Positions 20,231-30,688 of a stretch of DNA of 64,000 bases are shown here, one piece after another. The DNA lies in assembly GCA_965660815.1 (NCBI GenBank), contig CBFIBG010000008.1:11028-75027 (forward strand), in the 5' to 3' direction. How positions within the stretch are numbered: the first letter of the stretch is position 1; every line of letters starts with the position of its first letter. Below the pieces are notes generated by a model. It was not told the DNA's origin. It did not search any database and saw nothing but the letters and a program-made list of their open reading frames with translations. The stretch comes from Glaciecola sp. (GTDB lineage: Bacteria > Pseudomonadota > Gammaproteobacteria > Enterobacterales > Alteromonadaceae). Made by a program: the position numbers and the translations under genes.

Positions 20231-20405
20231 AAATCACGAACTCCCTGTTTGTTTTAATCGGTTTTGATTAAAAGATACTACAAAGTAGCGTGAATGATAG
20301 CGGCATTGAAATACCATCAGCTTGGTATTCATGATGTGGTCACAGTTCATAATATTGAACTTTTCTAAATTAGTATTTTAGCTCCGCTTGTACGGGGCTT
20401 TTTTG
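20231..20405 (+). ncRNA. Candidate small RNA (or 24-codon micro-ORF transcript)
   Basis: Bounded by the promoter above and a terminator AGCTCCG-CTTGTA-CGGGGCT+T6 (20380-20405). Internal hairpin AATACCA/TGGTATT at 20310-20329. No ORF of 60 aa or more. A 24-codon ORF lies at 20294-20368 without a clear RBS. Confidence 0.25.
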
Positions 20406-20462
20406 TATTTGTTATTAGCACTTTAGGTGTGGCGTGCTACCAAGAAGTATCGTGGTTGTACA

Positions 20463-20521
20463 TGATATACTCTGTAGTGTGAACAGGTACAAATAACCAC
20501 AAGGGCAATTGCCCTTTTTTT
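20463..20521 (+). promoter_or_regulatory. Extended -10 promoter followed within about 30 nt by a terminator: candidate leader/attenuator of rimP-nusA-infB
   Basis: TGaTATACT at 20463-20471. AAGGGC-AATT-GCCCTT+T7 at 20501-20521. rimP starts at 20593. Confidence 0.35.
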
Positions 20522-20592
20522 ATTGAATTTTAATGGGTTGAGTAAGCAAGGTAACGCTTGTGAGCGTGCGACCAAAAGAAACGGAGTTAGGC

Positions 20593-21051
20593 TTGTCACA
20601 GCTTGAAATAAAGTTAACCAATATGCTCGAAGATGCAGTGGCTGCGGTTGGATTTGAGTTATTGGGCGTTGAATTTATAAGGGCGGGTAAGCATTCCACC
20701 CTAAGAGTGTACATAGACTCTGAAAACGGAGTTGACGTAGACGATTGTGCGGATGTCAGTCATCAAGTAAGTGCTATATTAGATATTGAGGATCCAATCA
20801 ACACAGAATATAACCTTGAGATATCGTCGCCGGGAATGGATCGACCATTATTTAAACCAAGCCATTACGAACAGGTTGTGTCACAGACAGTTTCGGTAAA
20901 ACTTCAGGTTCCAATTGACGGTAGGCGAAATTATAAGGGAACGTTGTTGAGATGCGATGAACACGGCTTTGAGATACAAGTCGACAACCAAACTTTCACA
21001 CTAACTTATAATAATGTGATGAAAGCAAACTTAGTACCCGAATTTGATTAA
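20593..21051 (+). CDS. rimP: ribosome maturation factor RimP
   Basis: [12 protein letters not shown]... aligns residue for residue with E. coli MSTLEQKLTEMI. A TTG at 20593 lies 6 nt after GGAG. Also has [15 protein letters not shown] and SSPGMDRPL. Confidence 0.9.
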   Translation: MSQLEIKLTNMLEDAVAAVGFELLGVEFIRAGKHSTLRVYIDSENGVDVDDCADVSHQVSAILDIEDPINTEYNLEISSPGMDRPLFKPSHYEQVVSQTVSVKLQVPIDGRRNYKGTLLRCDEHGFEIQVDNQTFTLTYNNVMKANLVPEFD

Positions 21052-21086
21052 TCTTAACTATACGAAAGTGTAGCAATGAGGCAAAA

Positions 21087-22580
21087 ATGAGCAAAGAAAT
21101 ACTATTAGTTGCAGAAGCGGTTTCAAACGAAAAACAAGTTCCTAGAGAGAAAATTTTTGAAGCTTTAGAATATGCTTTAGCAAGCGCAACTAAAAAGAAG
21201 AATGAAGGAGATATCGAAGTTCGTGTCTCGATTAATCGCGATAACGGTCACTTTGATACGTTCAGACGTTGGTTGGTGGTTGATGATGACCATTTGCAAG
21301 AAAACCCTTTTGCAGAAATAACATTGTCAGCAGCGCAGATAGACGAACCAAACATTCAAACTGGCGACTATATTGAAGAGCAGATTGAATCTATCGCGTT
21401 TGACAGGATCACCACACAGACTGCTAAGCAAGTGATCGTTCAAAAGGTACGTGAGGCAGAACGCGCTCAAATGATCGCAGAATATGAGGATAAAGTCGGT
21501 GAATTGGTGACTGGTACAGTCAAAAAAGTCAATCGCGATAATATAATCATTGACCTTGGAAACAACGCGGAAGGCGTGATTTTTCGAGAAGACATGTTGC
21601 CTAGAGAAACCTTTAGACCTGGCGACAGAGTAAGAGGACTTCTATACGTAATCCGACCTGAAGCAAGAGGCGCACAACTCTTTATAAGTCGTACTCATCC
21701 AGATATGCTAGTAGAACTATTCAGACTAGAAGTACCGGAAATAGCGGAAGAAACACTAGAAATAAAATCTGCTGCTCGAGATCCAGGCGCTCGAGCGAAG
21801 ATTGCAGTGAAAACAAATGACAAACGCCTTGACCCTGTGGGAGCCTGTGTAGGCATGCGCGGTTCTCGTGTGCAAGCGGTTTCAAGTGAGTTGGGTGGAG
21901 AAAGAGTTGACATCGTTCTTTGGGACGAAAACCCCGCCACTTTTGTTGTCAATGCTATGGCCCCTGCCGAAGTCGCTTCAATTGTAGTTGACGAAGATGC
22001 AAAGTCGATGGACATTGCGGTCGAAGCAGATAATCTGGCGCAAGCCATTGGGCGAAATGGTCAGAATATTCGTCTTGCTAGTCAGTTAACCGAATGGGAA
22101 CTGAATGTTATGACAATTGAAGATTTGAACAGTAAGCACGAAGCAGAAAATCAAAAAGTACTCTCTGTATTTACTGATGGGTTGGATATTGACGAAGATT
22201 TTGCGATGGTATTAGTAGAAGAAGGTTTTACGACGTTAGAAGAAATAGCCTACGTACCAGTAAGTGAATTAGTTGAGATCGAAGGTCTTGACGAAGATTT
22301 AGTAGAAGAGTTAAGAAACCGAGCCAAAGCGACGTTGACTACCCGCGCACTTGCAAATGAAGAAACTCTTGAATCAGCAGAACCAGATCAAGAGTTACTA
22401 GATTTACCCGGCATGGAAAAACACGTTGCTTATGTTCTTGCAAGTAGAGGCATAACAAACCTTGAGTTACTAGCAGAGCAGGGTACAGATGAGATAAGTG
22501 ACATAGAAGAGTTGACCGAAGAGAAAGCTGGTGAACTTATCATGGCAGCTCGAAACCTGGTTTGGTTTAACGAAGAATAG
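21087..22580 (+). CDS. nusA: transcription termination/antitermination factor NusA
   Basis: [29 protein letters not shown]-terminus, S1 and KH regions ([23 protein letters not shown]), C-terminal acidic repeats. Confidence 0.97.
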   Translation: MSKEILLVAEAVSNEKQVPREKIFEALEYALASATKKKNEGDIEVRVSINRDNGHFDTFRRWLVVDDDHLQENPFAEITLSAAQIDEPNIQTGDYIEEQIESIAFDRITTQTAKQVIVQKVREAERAQMIAEYEDKVGELVTGTVKKVNRDNIIIDLGNNAEGVIFREDMLPRETFRPGDRVRGLLYVIRPEARGAQLFISRTHPDMLVELFRLEVPEIAEETLEIKSAARDPGARAKIAVKTNDKRLDPVGACVGMRGSRVQAVSSELGGERVDIVLWDENPATFVVNAMAPAEVASIVVDEDAKSMDIAVEADNLAQAIGRNGQNIRLASQLTEWELNVMTIEDLNSKHEAENQKVLSVFTDGLDIDEDFAMVLVEEGFTTLEEIAYVPVSELVEIEGLDEDLVEELRNRAKATLTTRALANEETLESAEPDQELLDLPGMEKHVAYVLASRGITNLELLAEQGTDEISDIEELTEEKAGELIMAARNLVWFNEE

Positions 22581-22602
22581 GTCAATAGGAGAATTATTGA
22601 AT

Positions 22603-25209
22603 ATGGCAGATGTTTCCATAGAAAAATTAGCAAATGATATCAAGACCACTGTTGACCGATTATTAAAACAGTTTAAAGATGCTGGCATTGAAAAATCTGC
22701 CAGTGATATGGTGTCTGAACAAGAAAAGCAACAGTTGCTTGATCACTTGAGTAAACAACACGGCAGTGGCTCAGTACAAGCGCCTACTCGCATGACGCTA
22801 CAGCGAAAAACCACTAGCACAATAAGCTTAGGTAAATCGCGGGAAGTTAAGGTAGAGGTCCGTAAAAAACGTACGTACGTAAAACGCTCTGAGGAAGAAA
22901 TCAAACGATTAGCAGAAGAAGAAGCTAATCGGAAAGCTGAAGAATTAGCACGTCAAGAAGCCGAACGTAAAGCTGCTGAAGAAGCAAAAAAAGCGGCTGA
23001 CGAAAAAGCCAGATTAGCGGCAGAAGCGCGCAAACAGCAAGAAGCTGAGAGAGCTGAGCGTGCCGAGAAAGCCAAAAAAGAAGCTGACGAGCGTAAATCA
23101 GCTGATTCTAAGTTAACTGACGAAGAACGTCAGTCTCAAGAGCAGGCGCGTTTAGAAGCTGAGCGGATTAAAAAGCAACAAGAAGAGGAAGCTCAGCGCA
23201 AACTTGAAAAAGACGCTAAAAAAGCAGCTGAAGAAGCTCGTAAATTGGCTGAAGAAAACGAACGAAGATGGAAAGAAGAAGAAGAGCGACGCAAGAAGGA
23301 AGAAGCTGAAGAAGTCCATTTGCACTCTAATCGCTACGCTCAGGAAGCGGAAGACGAAGAAGATATGCAAGTTGAAAGAAGCAGTCGTCGTCGTAAAAAG
23401 TCTAAGAAAAATGCTGGTGAAGAATTAAAGCACAGTTTCACAAAGCCGGTCACACCTGTAGAGCGTGTCGTTAAATTAGGTGAGACAATCACTGTCGGTG
23501 AACTGGCCAGTCGAATGGCCGTTAAAGGCACTGAAGTCATTAAAACCATGATGAAAATGGGAGAAATGGCCACTATTAATCAAGTGCTAGACCAAGAAAC
23601 TGCTATTTTGGTGGTCGAAGAGATGCGCCATAAATACGAGATCGTGAATGAAAACGCGCTGGAAGAAGAGTTAATCGCGTCAGCCTCTGACGGAGATAAA
23701 GAATCTCGTGCTCCAGTCGTGACGATAATGGGTCATGTTGATCACGGTAAAACGTCACTTCTTGATTACATTCGTAGGGCCAAAGTTGCCGATGGCGAAG
23801 CTGGCGGTATCACACAACATATTGGTGCATATAGTGTTGAGACTGGCAATGGTCGTATTGCCTTTTTAGACACTCCTGGTCACGCGGCATTTACCGCAAT
23901 GCGAGCTAGGGGAGCTACGGCTACTGATATCGTAATATTGGTAGTTGCTGCCGATGACGGTGTAATGCCTCAAACCAAAGAGGCTGTTCAGCACTCCAAA
24001 GCCGCCGGTGTTCCATTAATTGTAGCGGTCAACAAAATGGACAAAGAATCGGCAGACCCGGACCGGGTGAAAAATGAGCTTTTACAATTGGAAGTTGTTC
24101 CAGAAGAGTATGGTGGTGATTATCAGTTTGTTAACGTATCGGCTAAAACTGGCTTAGGCATAGACGACCTACTTGAAGCGATTAACTTACAGGCTGAAGT
24201 ACTTGACCTCCAAGCATTGCAAACAGGGCCTGCTCGCGGAATTGTTATCGAATCTAGGCTTGATAAAGGTCGTGGTCCAGTGGCATCTGTTTTAGTACAA
24301 GAGGGCCAATTGAAACCTGGCGATATACTATTGTGCGGTGAAGAGTACGGACGAGTAAGAGCTATGCGTGATGAACTTGGCAACAACATTGCGTTAGCCG
24401 GTCCTTCAACGCCTGTTGAAGTATTGGGATTATCTGGAGTTCCCATTGCAGGTGAGAATGCTCTTGTTGTGCAAGATGAACGTAAAGCCAGAGAAGTGGC
24501 CGCAAAACGCCATTCCAAACAGCGTGAACTTAAGTTGGCTAAGCAACAAAAAGCTAAATTGGAAAACATGTTTGCTAATATGGAAAGCGGTGAGGTCAGT
24601 GACTTAAATATTGTATTAAAAGCCGATGTTCAAGGTTCAATTGAAGCAATAGCAGACAGTTTGACTAAGCTCTCCACTAGTGAAGTGAAAGTGAACATTG
24701 TGGGCAGTGGCGTGGGTGGTATCACCGAAACTGATGCAAGTTTGGCTGCAGCATCCTCAGCGATTGTAATAGGTTTTAACGTGCGTGCCGATGCAACAGC
24801 GCGTAAGATGATCGAAGCTGAAGAGATTGACTTAAGATATTACAGTATAATTTATGAGTTGATAGACGAAGTTAAACAAGCCATGAGTGGAATGTTGGCT
24901 CCTGAGTTTAAGCAGCAAATTATTGGTCTTGCCGAGGTAAGGGATGTATTTAAATCTCCTAAAATTGGCGCGATTGCTGGATGCATGGTTACAGAAGGTA
25001 TTATTAAACGTAATAATCCAATAAGAGTACTTCGAGATAACATCGTAATTTACGAAGGTGAACTTGAATCGCTACGACGTTTTAAAGACGACGTTCAAGA
25101 AGTAAAGAAAGGTATTGAATGTGGGATTGGAGTTAAAAACTACAACGACGTCAAAGTAGGTGACCAAATAGAAGTATTTGAAGTAGTTGAAGTTAAAAGA
25201 GAAATCTAA
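22603..25209 (+). CDS. infB: translation initiation factor IF-2
   Basis: ATG at 22603 preceded by AGGAG (the ORF-track start at 22531 lies inside nusA). Lys/Glu/Ala-rich N-domain. G-domain [21 protein letters not shown]. Confidence 0.97.
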   Translation: MADVSIEKLANDIKTTVDRLLKQFKDAGIEKSASDMVSEQEKQQLLDHLSKQHGSGSVQAPTRMTLQRKTTSTISLGKSREVKVEVRKKRTYVKRSEEEIKRLAEEEANRKAEELARQEAERKAAEEAKKAADEKARLAAEARKQQEAERAERAEKAKKEADERKSADSKLTDEERQSQEQARLEAERIKKQQEEEAQRKLEKDAKKAAEEARKLAEENERRWKEEEERRKKEEAEEVHLHSNRYAQEAEDEEDMQVERSSRRRKKSKKNAGEELKHSFTKPVTPVERVVKLGETITVGELASRMAVKGTEVIKTMMKMGEMATINQVLDQETAILVVEEMRHKYEIVNENALEEELIASASDGDKESRAPVVTIMGHVDHGKTSLLDYIRRAKVADGEAGGITQHIGAYSVETGNGRIAFLDTPGHAAFTAMRARGATATDIVILVVAADDGVMPQTKEAVQHSKAAGVPLIVAVNKMDKESADPDRVKNELLQLEVVPEEYGGDYQFVNVSAKTGLGIDDLLEAINLQAEVLDLQALQTGPARGIVIESRLDKGRGPVASVLVQEGQLKPGDILLCGEEYGRVRAMRDELGNNIALAGPSTPVEVLGLSGVPIAGENALVVQDERKAREVAAKRHSKQRELKLAKQQKAKLENMFANMESGEVSDLNIVLKADVQGSIEAIADSLTKLSTSEVKVNIVGSGVGGITETDASLAAASSAIVIGFNVRADATARKMIEAEEIDLRYYSIIYELIDEVKQAMSGMLAPEFKQQIIGLAEVRDVFKSPKIGAIAGCMVTEGIIKRNNPIRVLRDNIVIYEGELESLRRFKDDVQEVKKGIECGIGVKNYNDVKVGDQIEVFEVVEVKREI

Positions 25210-25239
25210 GCTTCATATTAATGCACATGTGAAACGATG

Positions 25240-25264
25240 CGGAGGCCTTTGAGCCTCCGTTTTT
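25240..25264 (+). terminator. Hairpin + T-run between infB and rbfA (partial terminator/processing site)
   Basis: CGGAGGC-CTTTGA-GCCTCCG followed by TTTTT. Confidence 0.55.
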
Positions 25265-25354
25265 GTCAATGAAAATAAGATTAATATTAATGCCTGACAG
25301 CCCCTAGCCGGAGTGTTTGTATCGTGGCATCAACAGTTTATTATTGAGTATATA

Positions 25355-25765
25355 ATGGCGAGAGAATTTTCAAGAACAGACAGAGTGGGGCAACAGTTAC
25401 ACAAAGAAGTTGCTTCTATTCTACAACACGAATTTAAGCACAGAGAGCCAGATGTTGGACTAGTTACCGTGTCTGGCGTTGAGGTTTCAAGAGACCTTGC
25501 ACACGCTAAAGTGTTTATTACTTTTTTCGAAAATAATGAAGAAAAAGTAAAAAAAGACTTAGCGAAGCTTCAAGATTCAAAAGGATTCGTAAGAACATTA
25601 TTGGCTAAGCGACTTAGAATGCGTAAAGTGCCTGCTGTTCAGTTTTATCGAGATGGTTCTATATTGGAAGGATCTAGAATATCTGATTTGGTGAATAAAG
25701 CAGTCGAAAGCGATAAGGCAAGACAACAAAAAGACTCAGGCGATGATACAGAAGGAAATAATTAG
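25355..25765 (+). CDS. rbfA: ribosome-binding factor A
   Basis: MAREFSRTDRVGQQLHKEVASIL is the canonical RbfA N-terminus. The upstream extension in the ORF track is not homologous. Confidence 0.93.
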   Translation: MAREFSRTDRVGQQLHKEVASILQHEFKHREPDVGLVTVSGVEVSRDLAHAKVFITFFENNEEKVKKDLAKLQDSKGFVRTLLAKRLRMRKVPAVQFYRDGSILEGSRISDLVNKAVESDKARQQKDSGDDTEGNN

Positions 25766-25768
25766 CTT

Positions 25769-26728
25769 ATGGGTCGCACGCGTAAAGGCCGCAATATAAA
25801 TGGTATTTTGTTGGTTGATAAGCCTACTGGGGTTTCGTCTAATCATGTAGTTCAACATATTAAGAGGCTGTTTTTTGCAAAGAAAGCGGGCCATACTGGA
25901 GCGCTTGATCCACTTGCAACGGGTTTGCTTCCGATATGTTTAGGGGAGGCAACTAAATTTTCACAATGCTTATTAGATGCAAATAAGCGCTATTTGGTTA
26001 CCGCCAAGTTAGGTGAGCGCACAGATACATCGGACTCCGATGGTGAAATAGTGTCTAAAAAAGAAGTATCCGTTTCTCATCAACAGGTGATAGACGTTGC
26101 AATGTCTTTCCTTGGTGATATACAGCAAGTACCTTCAATGTACTCGGCGCTGAAATACCAAGGCAAACCCCTGTATTGGTATGCCAGACAGGGCATTGAA
26201 GTTGAACGCGTAGCCCGTAAGATCACTATTTTTGACATTATATGGTGTGGGATGGAGAATGAATTTTTCACAGTGGAAGTAAAGTGTTCTAAAGGCACAT
26301 ATATAAGAACACTAATAGACGATATTGGTGAAGCTTTAGGGTGTGGAGCTCATGTAACTATGTTAAGGCGTACCGAAGTGGCGCATTTTGACGCTCAACA
26401 GATGTATAGTTACGAGCATTTGGACAGTATAAAAGACGAGTCTTATTTAGACAGGAACAACAGTGACACTAATACAGTGGGTCAGAACTTCGACATTTTA
26501 GACAATTTACTGCTTAGTATGGATTCAATGGTAGAAAGTTATCCATCCATATTTGTATCTGATATCGATTCTAGTTTGTTCCAAAAGGGAGGTTATTTGG
26601 TCGCTACTCATAGTCATCAGTCCGGTCAACAAATAAAAGTTTACAGAGAAAGTGACAAATTGTTTTTAGGGCTAGCTTACATTACCGATGCAAACTATAT
26701 ACAACCGAAAAGAGTAGTGGTGTATTAG
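25769..26728 (+). CDS. truB: tRNA pseudouridine(55) synthase
   Basis: GILLVDKPTGVSSNHVV...KKAGHTGALDPLATGLLPICLGEATK (catalytic Asp motif). Conserved operon position. Confidence 0.93.
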   Translation: MGRTRKGRNINGILLVDKPTGVSSNHVVQHIKRLFFAKKAGHTGALDPLATGLLPICLGEATKFSQCLLDANKRYLVTAKLGERTDTSDSDGEIVSKKEVSVSHQQVIDVAMSFLGDIQQVPSMYSALKYQGKPLYWYARQGIEVERVARKITIFDIIWCGMENEFFTVEVKCSKGTYIRTLIDDIGEALGCGAHVTMLRRTEVAHFDAQQMYSYEHLDSIKDESYLDRNNSDTNTVGQNFDILDNLLLSMDSMVESYPSIFVSDIDSSLFQKGGYLVATHSHQSGQQIKVYRESDKLFLGLAYITDANYIQPKRVVVY

Positions 26729-26840
26729 ATTCTAGCGATATAGGCGTCAAAACCGCTGGGTTAATTACTCACGATGTATCAGATCTTCGATATACAATTT
26801 TTTAAGCTACTATGCCTCTTACGTGCTAACATAATTCTAC

Positions 26841-26868
26841 TTGCACAACATCGTATTTTCTTTATAAT
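26841..26868 (+). promoter_or_regulatory. Candidate rpsO promoter
   Basis: TTGCAC-16 nt-TATAAT, 64 nt upstream of the rpsO ATG. Confidence 0.45.
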
Positions 26869-26931
26869 ACGCGTTCTTTCGCACAACTGAATTAGTGATT
26901 GGTTGTGTTTATATTTATTTTGGAGAAAAGT

Positions 26932-27201
26932 ATGTCACTAACTACAACTGAAACAGCAGACATTATTGCACAATACGGCACAAAAGAAGGCGACACTGGT
27001 TCACCTGAAGTTCAAGTAGCGCTATTGACTCACAATATTAACAAGTTGCAAGGTCATTTTGCTGACCATAAAAAAGACCATCACTCGCGTCGCGGATTGT
27101 TAAGAATGGTAAGTCAACGCAGAAAGCTACTTGATTACTTAAAAGGTAAAAATGTAGAGCGTTATCAAGACCTTATTAAGAAGCTTGGCTTACGTCGATA
27201 A
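26932..27201 (+). CDS. rpsO: 30S ribosomal protein S15
   Basis: 89 aa. [33 protein letters not shown]...[27 protein letters not shown]. Confidence 0.97.
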   Translation: MSLTTTETADIIAQYGTKEGDTGSPEVQVALLTHNINKLQGHFADHKKDHHSRRGLLRMVSQRRKLLDYLKGKNVERYQDLIKKLGLRR

Positions 27202-27223
27202 AAACGAAAGTATTCAAATAAAA

Positions 27224-27246
27224 AAGCACCTTAAGGGTGCTTTTTT
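27224..27246 (+). terminator. Intrinsic terminator after rpsO
   Basis: AAGCACCT-TAA-GGGTGCTT followed by TTTTT. Confidence 0.85.
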
Positions 27247-27363
27247 ATTGCCCAAGCGTTGCAAACTTAAAACAATTAAACGTCATTTTTAATGAAATCT
27301 CCTTGTCCATTGCGAGCATTCTCACAATGACTTTTCACGTTAATCTTTGTTAGACTTTGATTA

Positions 27364-28089
27364 CTACACTGTTTTCTTGGCTAATTCGTCGACTTTATTC
27401 TCAAGTTTTTGTATTTCTTGTAATAAAGATGTGTTGCGTTTTTCTAGTAAGATAAGCTTTTCAGCCATTTGTCTTAAATTTTCGTTTCTTGTCGCTTCTG
27501 CTTGTTGTAACTCTTCCTGCATAACCGTCACACTTAGAATATCGTTGGCTTGACTATTTAGTTTTGCACTTACGCCATCCAATCTCGTTTGCAATTTAGT
27601 TAATGAAGAATCATTTTCACTAACTTGTGTTTTGACCGACTGAATTAAGTTACCAGTGTCTCTTTGAAGCGTTTTAATATCAGTTGCTAGTGCTTGAATC
27701 TCCGACTGGTTTCTCCTCCAAGCAGATGCCCATAACTTATCCATCTGTTCCCATAGTACTTCTGTCTTTTCACCGAGCTCGTTTACTTTTACCTGTAATT
27801 CAACCGTAGAGTTGCCAATTTCTTCGCCTGTCGCCGAAAGCCTATTCTCTAATGTTTCAATACGCTTTTGACTATCACTCAGCGATGCACTGGTTTGCTG
27901 TTGTGCATAAAATAAGTAACCTGCTAACCCTAAAGCGCCAATGGCAACGAAATTAGCAAAAAACGTGGAGGGACTAGATTTATTTACTTCGCCTCGATTT
28001 GTGTATTGTCTGTTGGTGGCAATTGGTATCCTGTCTGATATTTCTACGTTGATTGGAGCGAAATCTTTATCTTTATCGTTTTTTGACAT
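27364..28089 (-). CDS. single-pass membrane protein with long coiled-coil domain, function unknown
   Basis: One TM segment (FFANFVAIGALGLAGYLFYA) followed by about 170 aa of heptad-like Q/E/L/K-rich sequence. ATG at 28089 lies 7 nt after AAAGG. Confidence 0.6.
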   Translation of the reverse strand: MSKNDKDKDFAPINVEISDRIPIATNRQYTNRGEVNKSSPSTFFANFVAIGALGLAGYLFYAQQQTSASLSDSQKRIETLENRLSATGEEIGNSTVELQVKVNELGEKTEVLWEQMDKLWASAWRRNQSEIQALATDIKTLQRDTGNLIQSVKTQVSENDSSLTKLQTRLDGVSAKLNSQANDILSVTVMQEELQQAEATRNENLRQMAEKLILLEKRNTSLLQEIQKLENKVDELAKKTV

Positions 28090-28279
28090 CAAGCAACCTT
28101 TTAAAACTTTGGTTTAATATTTTTTAACTCTGTCGATATGATACAACAACTAGAAATTACGTCTAACTTTTCAGTGTTTTTATATGTTTTACCTTGATTT
28201 AACAGTGAAATTAGCGCACGCTTTAATATTGGAATAAGTAAATAACAAAAACAAGAGAATAATTAGTCCAAACAAAAGT

Positions 28280-30688
28280 ATGAAATTAAGTCAAAAGCTA
28301 TCAGTATCTCTAGGTGTCAGAAGTCTTATACTGCTTATCAGTCTAGGGCTTCTTATGGCGTTTTTACAAACGTTTTTTGACTTCAAAGATAGGTTGACTG
28401 AGGTTCGGCAATCTATAGATGCAATAGTGACATCAGCTAAGGGCTCTGCGAGCAATGCTGTTTACTTGTTAGAGCCTAGAATGGCAGAGCAGGTAATAGA
28501 TGGCTTGGCGTATTTTGACTACTTTAGCTATGTTGCTATTATTGATGACCATAACAATGTAATGGCGGATTTCTCACGTCAATCAACTAAAAGTGATAAC
28601 GATGAGGTCAACACGTCCTACAACCCTCTGTTGGCTCTTTTTATTGAAAATTTTTCTAGAGACGTAGTACAACTTTACGGGGATGGACTAGCCCCAAGCC
28701 GCAACACTCCTTATGGCGAAATGGTCTTAGTCATTGATAACCATGTGGCCTTGTCTGGCGTTTATGACCGAGCAGTTAGGGCATTTTTAATAGCGTTAAC
28801 AGGCTACATATTACTCACGCTGGCTCTTGGATACTTGTACCACGTTTTCCTTGCTTCACCTTTAATGAGATTGTCGCGCCGATTCCAGCAAGTGAATACT
28901 AAATCGATAGCCACTCAAATTAGTCATCTCGCAGGACATGATAAAAACGAGTTCAGTTTGATTGTTAATTCCGCGAATAATATGTTGTCTCGCATCTCAT
29001 ATGGTCAAGTATTGCTTACCGAAAGAAGTCAACGATTCCGACTAATCCTTGATACTGCTCCATCTTTAATATATTCACTTGACAGTAACCTTAAGTTTGT
29101 TTTCGCAAATAAAGCTGCGGCAAGTTTTTACGGGTTTTCGATATACGAATTGAAAGGGAAAACTGCAGCAGAAATCATTGCGCCTTTTGATATGAACATG
29201 CTCAAATCAATTGAAACTTTTATGAATTCCAATAAAAGACATTTTGCAGATGTGTTATTAGCTCGAAATGCAAATCGACACGACTGTCACTTGGAGTTGT
29301 CCTTAGTTAAATTTAAGACTCCGGATGGGCAAAGTATATTGGTTAGCGGAACAGATGTTACAAAACGTGTTAATGCTGAGGAGAAAATTGAAACGCTTGC
29401 TTATTATGACCCGTTAACATCCCTGCCCAATAGAAACAAAGTTTATGATGTGTTAAAAATTCGATCTGGACAAATAGCAGATAAATATAGCATTGCCGCT
29501 ATTGCTGATTTGGACCAATTCAAACGAATTAACGATACTCTTAGTCATTCAGTTGGCGACCAATTAATTGTGAAATTGGCAAAGAGGCTGAATAAAGAAT
29601 TTTCGTTTTCAGATTTGATAGCCAGATTGGGTGCAGATGAGTTCTTGTGTATTGAAGAAAACATTTCGGAAGATTTGAAGCGTGCTAAAGAAAGCGCGCT
29701 TGTTCTTGGTGAAAGACTAAGAAATTGCATAAACAAAGAATTAGATATAGGCACTCACAGCTATACCTTGTCAGCGAGCGTTGGCGTAGTTGTATTTAAA
29801 ATGCAATCAAATAACGCGGATGAAATTCTGCAATATGCTGACACCGCGATGTATGAGTCAAAACGGTTAGGCCGAAACAGAGTTACGTTGTTTAAACATG
29901 AAATGGCAACCCAAGCCGCGCAATTATTGCAACTTGAGCGAGATGTTATGAAAGCCCTGCTCAGGGATGAATTTTACTTTGTGTTGCAACCAGTTTTTGC
30001 TTCGCATACTAACGATTTGATTGGAGCCGAAGCACTTATGCGGTGGCGGACATCTGAACGCATAGTCAATCCAGATGAATTCATTCCTTTTCTAGAAGAT
30101 AGCGGAATTATTATAGATGTTGGCGAGCGTGTTATCGGTAAGATCTTTGGGTATATTGCAGAGTTAAAACAAAAAGCGTGTTTGCCTGATGGATTTAAAA
30201 CAGCAATAAATATTAGTGCAAAGCAGCTAGCAAAAAACGACTTTATCGAATGGATTTTAAAGCTACTTACAAGATATGAACTTGAAACAAACGATATTGA
30301 AATTGAAATTACCGAGAGTGTCGCGTTAAATAATATGGAAGATACTGTATATAAAATACATCGTTTAAAGGGAATGGGTGTAACATTTTCATTAGATGAT
30401 TTTGGCACAGGATATTCTTCTTTAAGTCACTTGCGCGATTTACCCGTCGACAAATTAAAAATTGACAGAACATTTATCAATGACATAACCATCGATAAGC
30501 AAGACGCTAATCTTGTAAGATCGATTATTCAATTGTCAGAAAATCTTGGGTTAAAAACCGTTGCTGAGGGCGTGGAAACGCAAGAGCAAGTTGAGTGGCT
30601 GCAGCAAGCGGGTAATATTCTTTTGCAAGGGTACTTTTTAAGTAAACCTATCGAGCCAGAAGAATTCGAAAAACGCTTTCTTTCTTAA
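28280..30688 (+). CDS. membrane sensor PAS-GGDEF-EAL protein (GGDEF motif reads GADEF)
   Basis: Two TM segments flank an approx 150-aa loop. PAS region present. RLGADEF in the GGDEF position. EAL domain motifs EALMRW, EITES, DDFGTGYSS, KIDR, EGVET, QGY are all present. Confidence 0.9.
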   Translation: MKLSQKLSVSLGVRSLILLISLGLLMAFLQTFFDFKDRLTEVRQSIDAIVTSAKGSASNAVYLLEPRMAEQVIDGLAYFDYFSYVAIIDDHNNVMADFSRQSTKSDNDEVNTSYNPLLALFIENFSRDVVQLYGDGLAPSRNTPYGEMVLVIDNHVALSGVYDRAVRAFLIALTGYILLTLALGYLYHVFLASPLMRLSRRFQQVNTKSIATQISHLAGHDKNEFSLIVNSANNMLSRISYGQVLLTERSQRFRLILDTAPSLIYSLDSNLKFVFANKAAASFYGFSIYELKGKTAAEIIAPFDMNMLKSIETFMNSNKRHFADVLLARNANRHDCHLELSLVKFKTPDGQSILVSGTDVTKRVNAEEKIETLAYYDPLTSLPNRNKVYDVLKIRSGQIADKYSIAAIADLDQFKRINDTLSHSVGDQLIVKLAKRLNKEFSFSDLIARLGADEFLCIEENISEDLKRAKESALVLGERLRNCINKELDIGTHSYTLSASVGVVVFKMQSNNADEILQYADTAMYESKRLGRNRVTLFKHEMATQAAQLLQLERDVMKALLRDEFYFVLQPVFASHTNDLIGAEALMRWRTSERIVNPDEFIPFLEDSGIIIDVGERVIGKIFGYIAELKQKACLPDGFKTAINISAKQLAKNDFIEWILKLLTRYELETNDIEIEITESVALNNMEDTVYKIHRLKGMGVTFSLDDFGTGYSSLSHLRDLPVDKLKIDRTFINDITIDKQDANLVRSIIQLSENLGLKTVAEGVETQEQVEWLQQAGNILLQGYFLSKPIEPEEFEKRFLS

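Noticed and set aside
22531-22602. N-terminal extensions offered by the ORF track (infB here; also rbfA 25313, hemN 3552, tgpA-like 52195, smpB 35796, pgm 54641, exonuclease 6939)
   Set aside because: The extensions overlap upstream genes or lack homology to known N-termini. Internal starts with good RBSs align with the E. coli proteins.
22880-23400. Highly repetitive AAG/GAA/GCT-rich DNA
   Set aside because: It encodes the Lys/Glu/Ala-rich N-terminal region normal for IF-2. It is not a tandem repeat element or a CRISPR-like array. The ORFs at 23152-23370 and 23204-23428 are low-complexity artefacts.
24123-24569. 148-aa ORF antisense to infB
   Set aside because: It lies entirely inside the well-supported IF-2 G-domain coding region on the opposite strand. 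Its composition is Ser/Ala/Pro/Arg-rich, typical of an antisense shadow frame, and it has no RBS or motif.
29974-30408. 144-aa ORF antisense to the EAL domain gene
   Set aside because: It is a shadow frame within a motif-rich EAL coding region, with no independent support.
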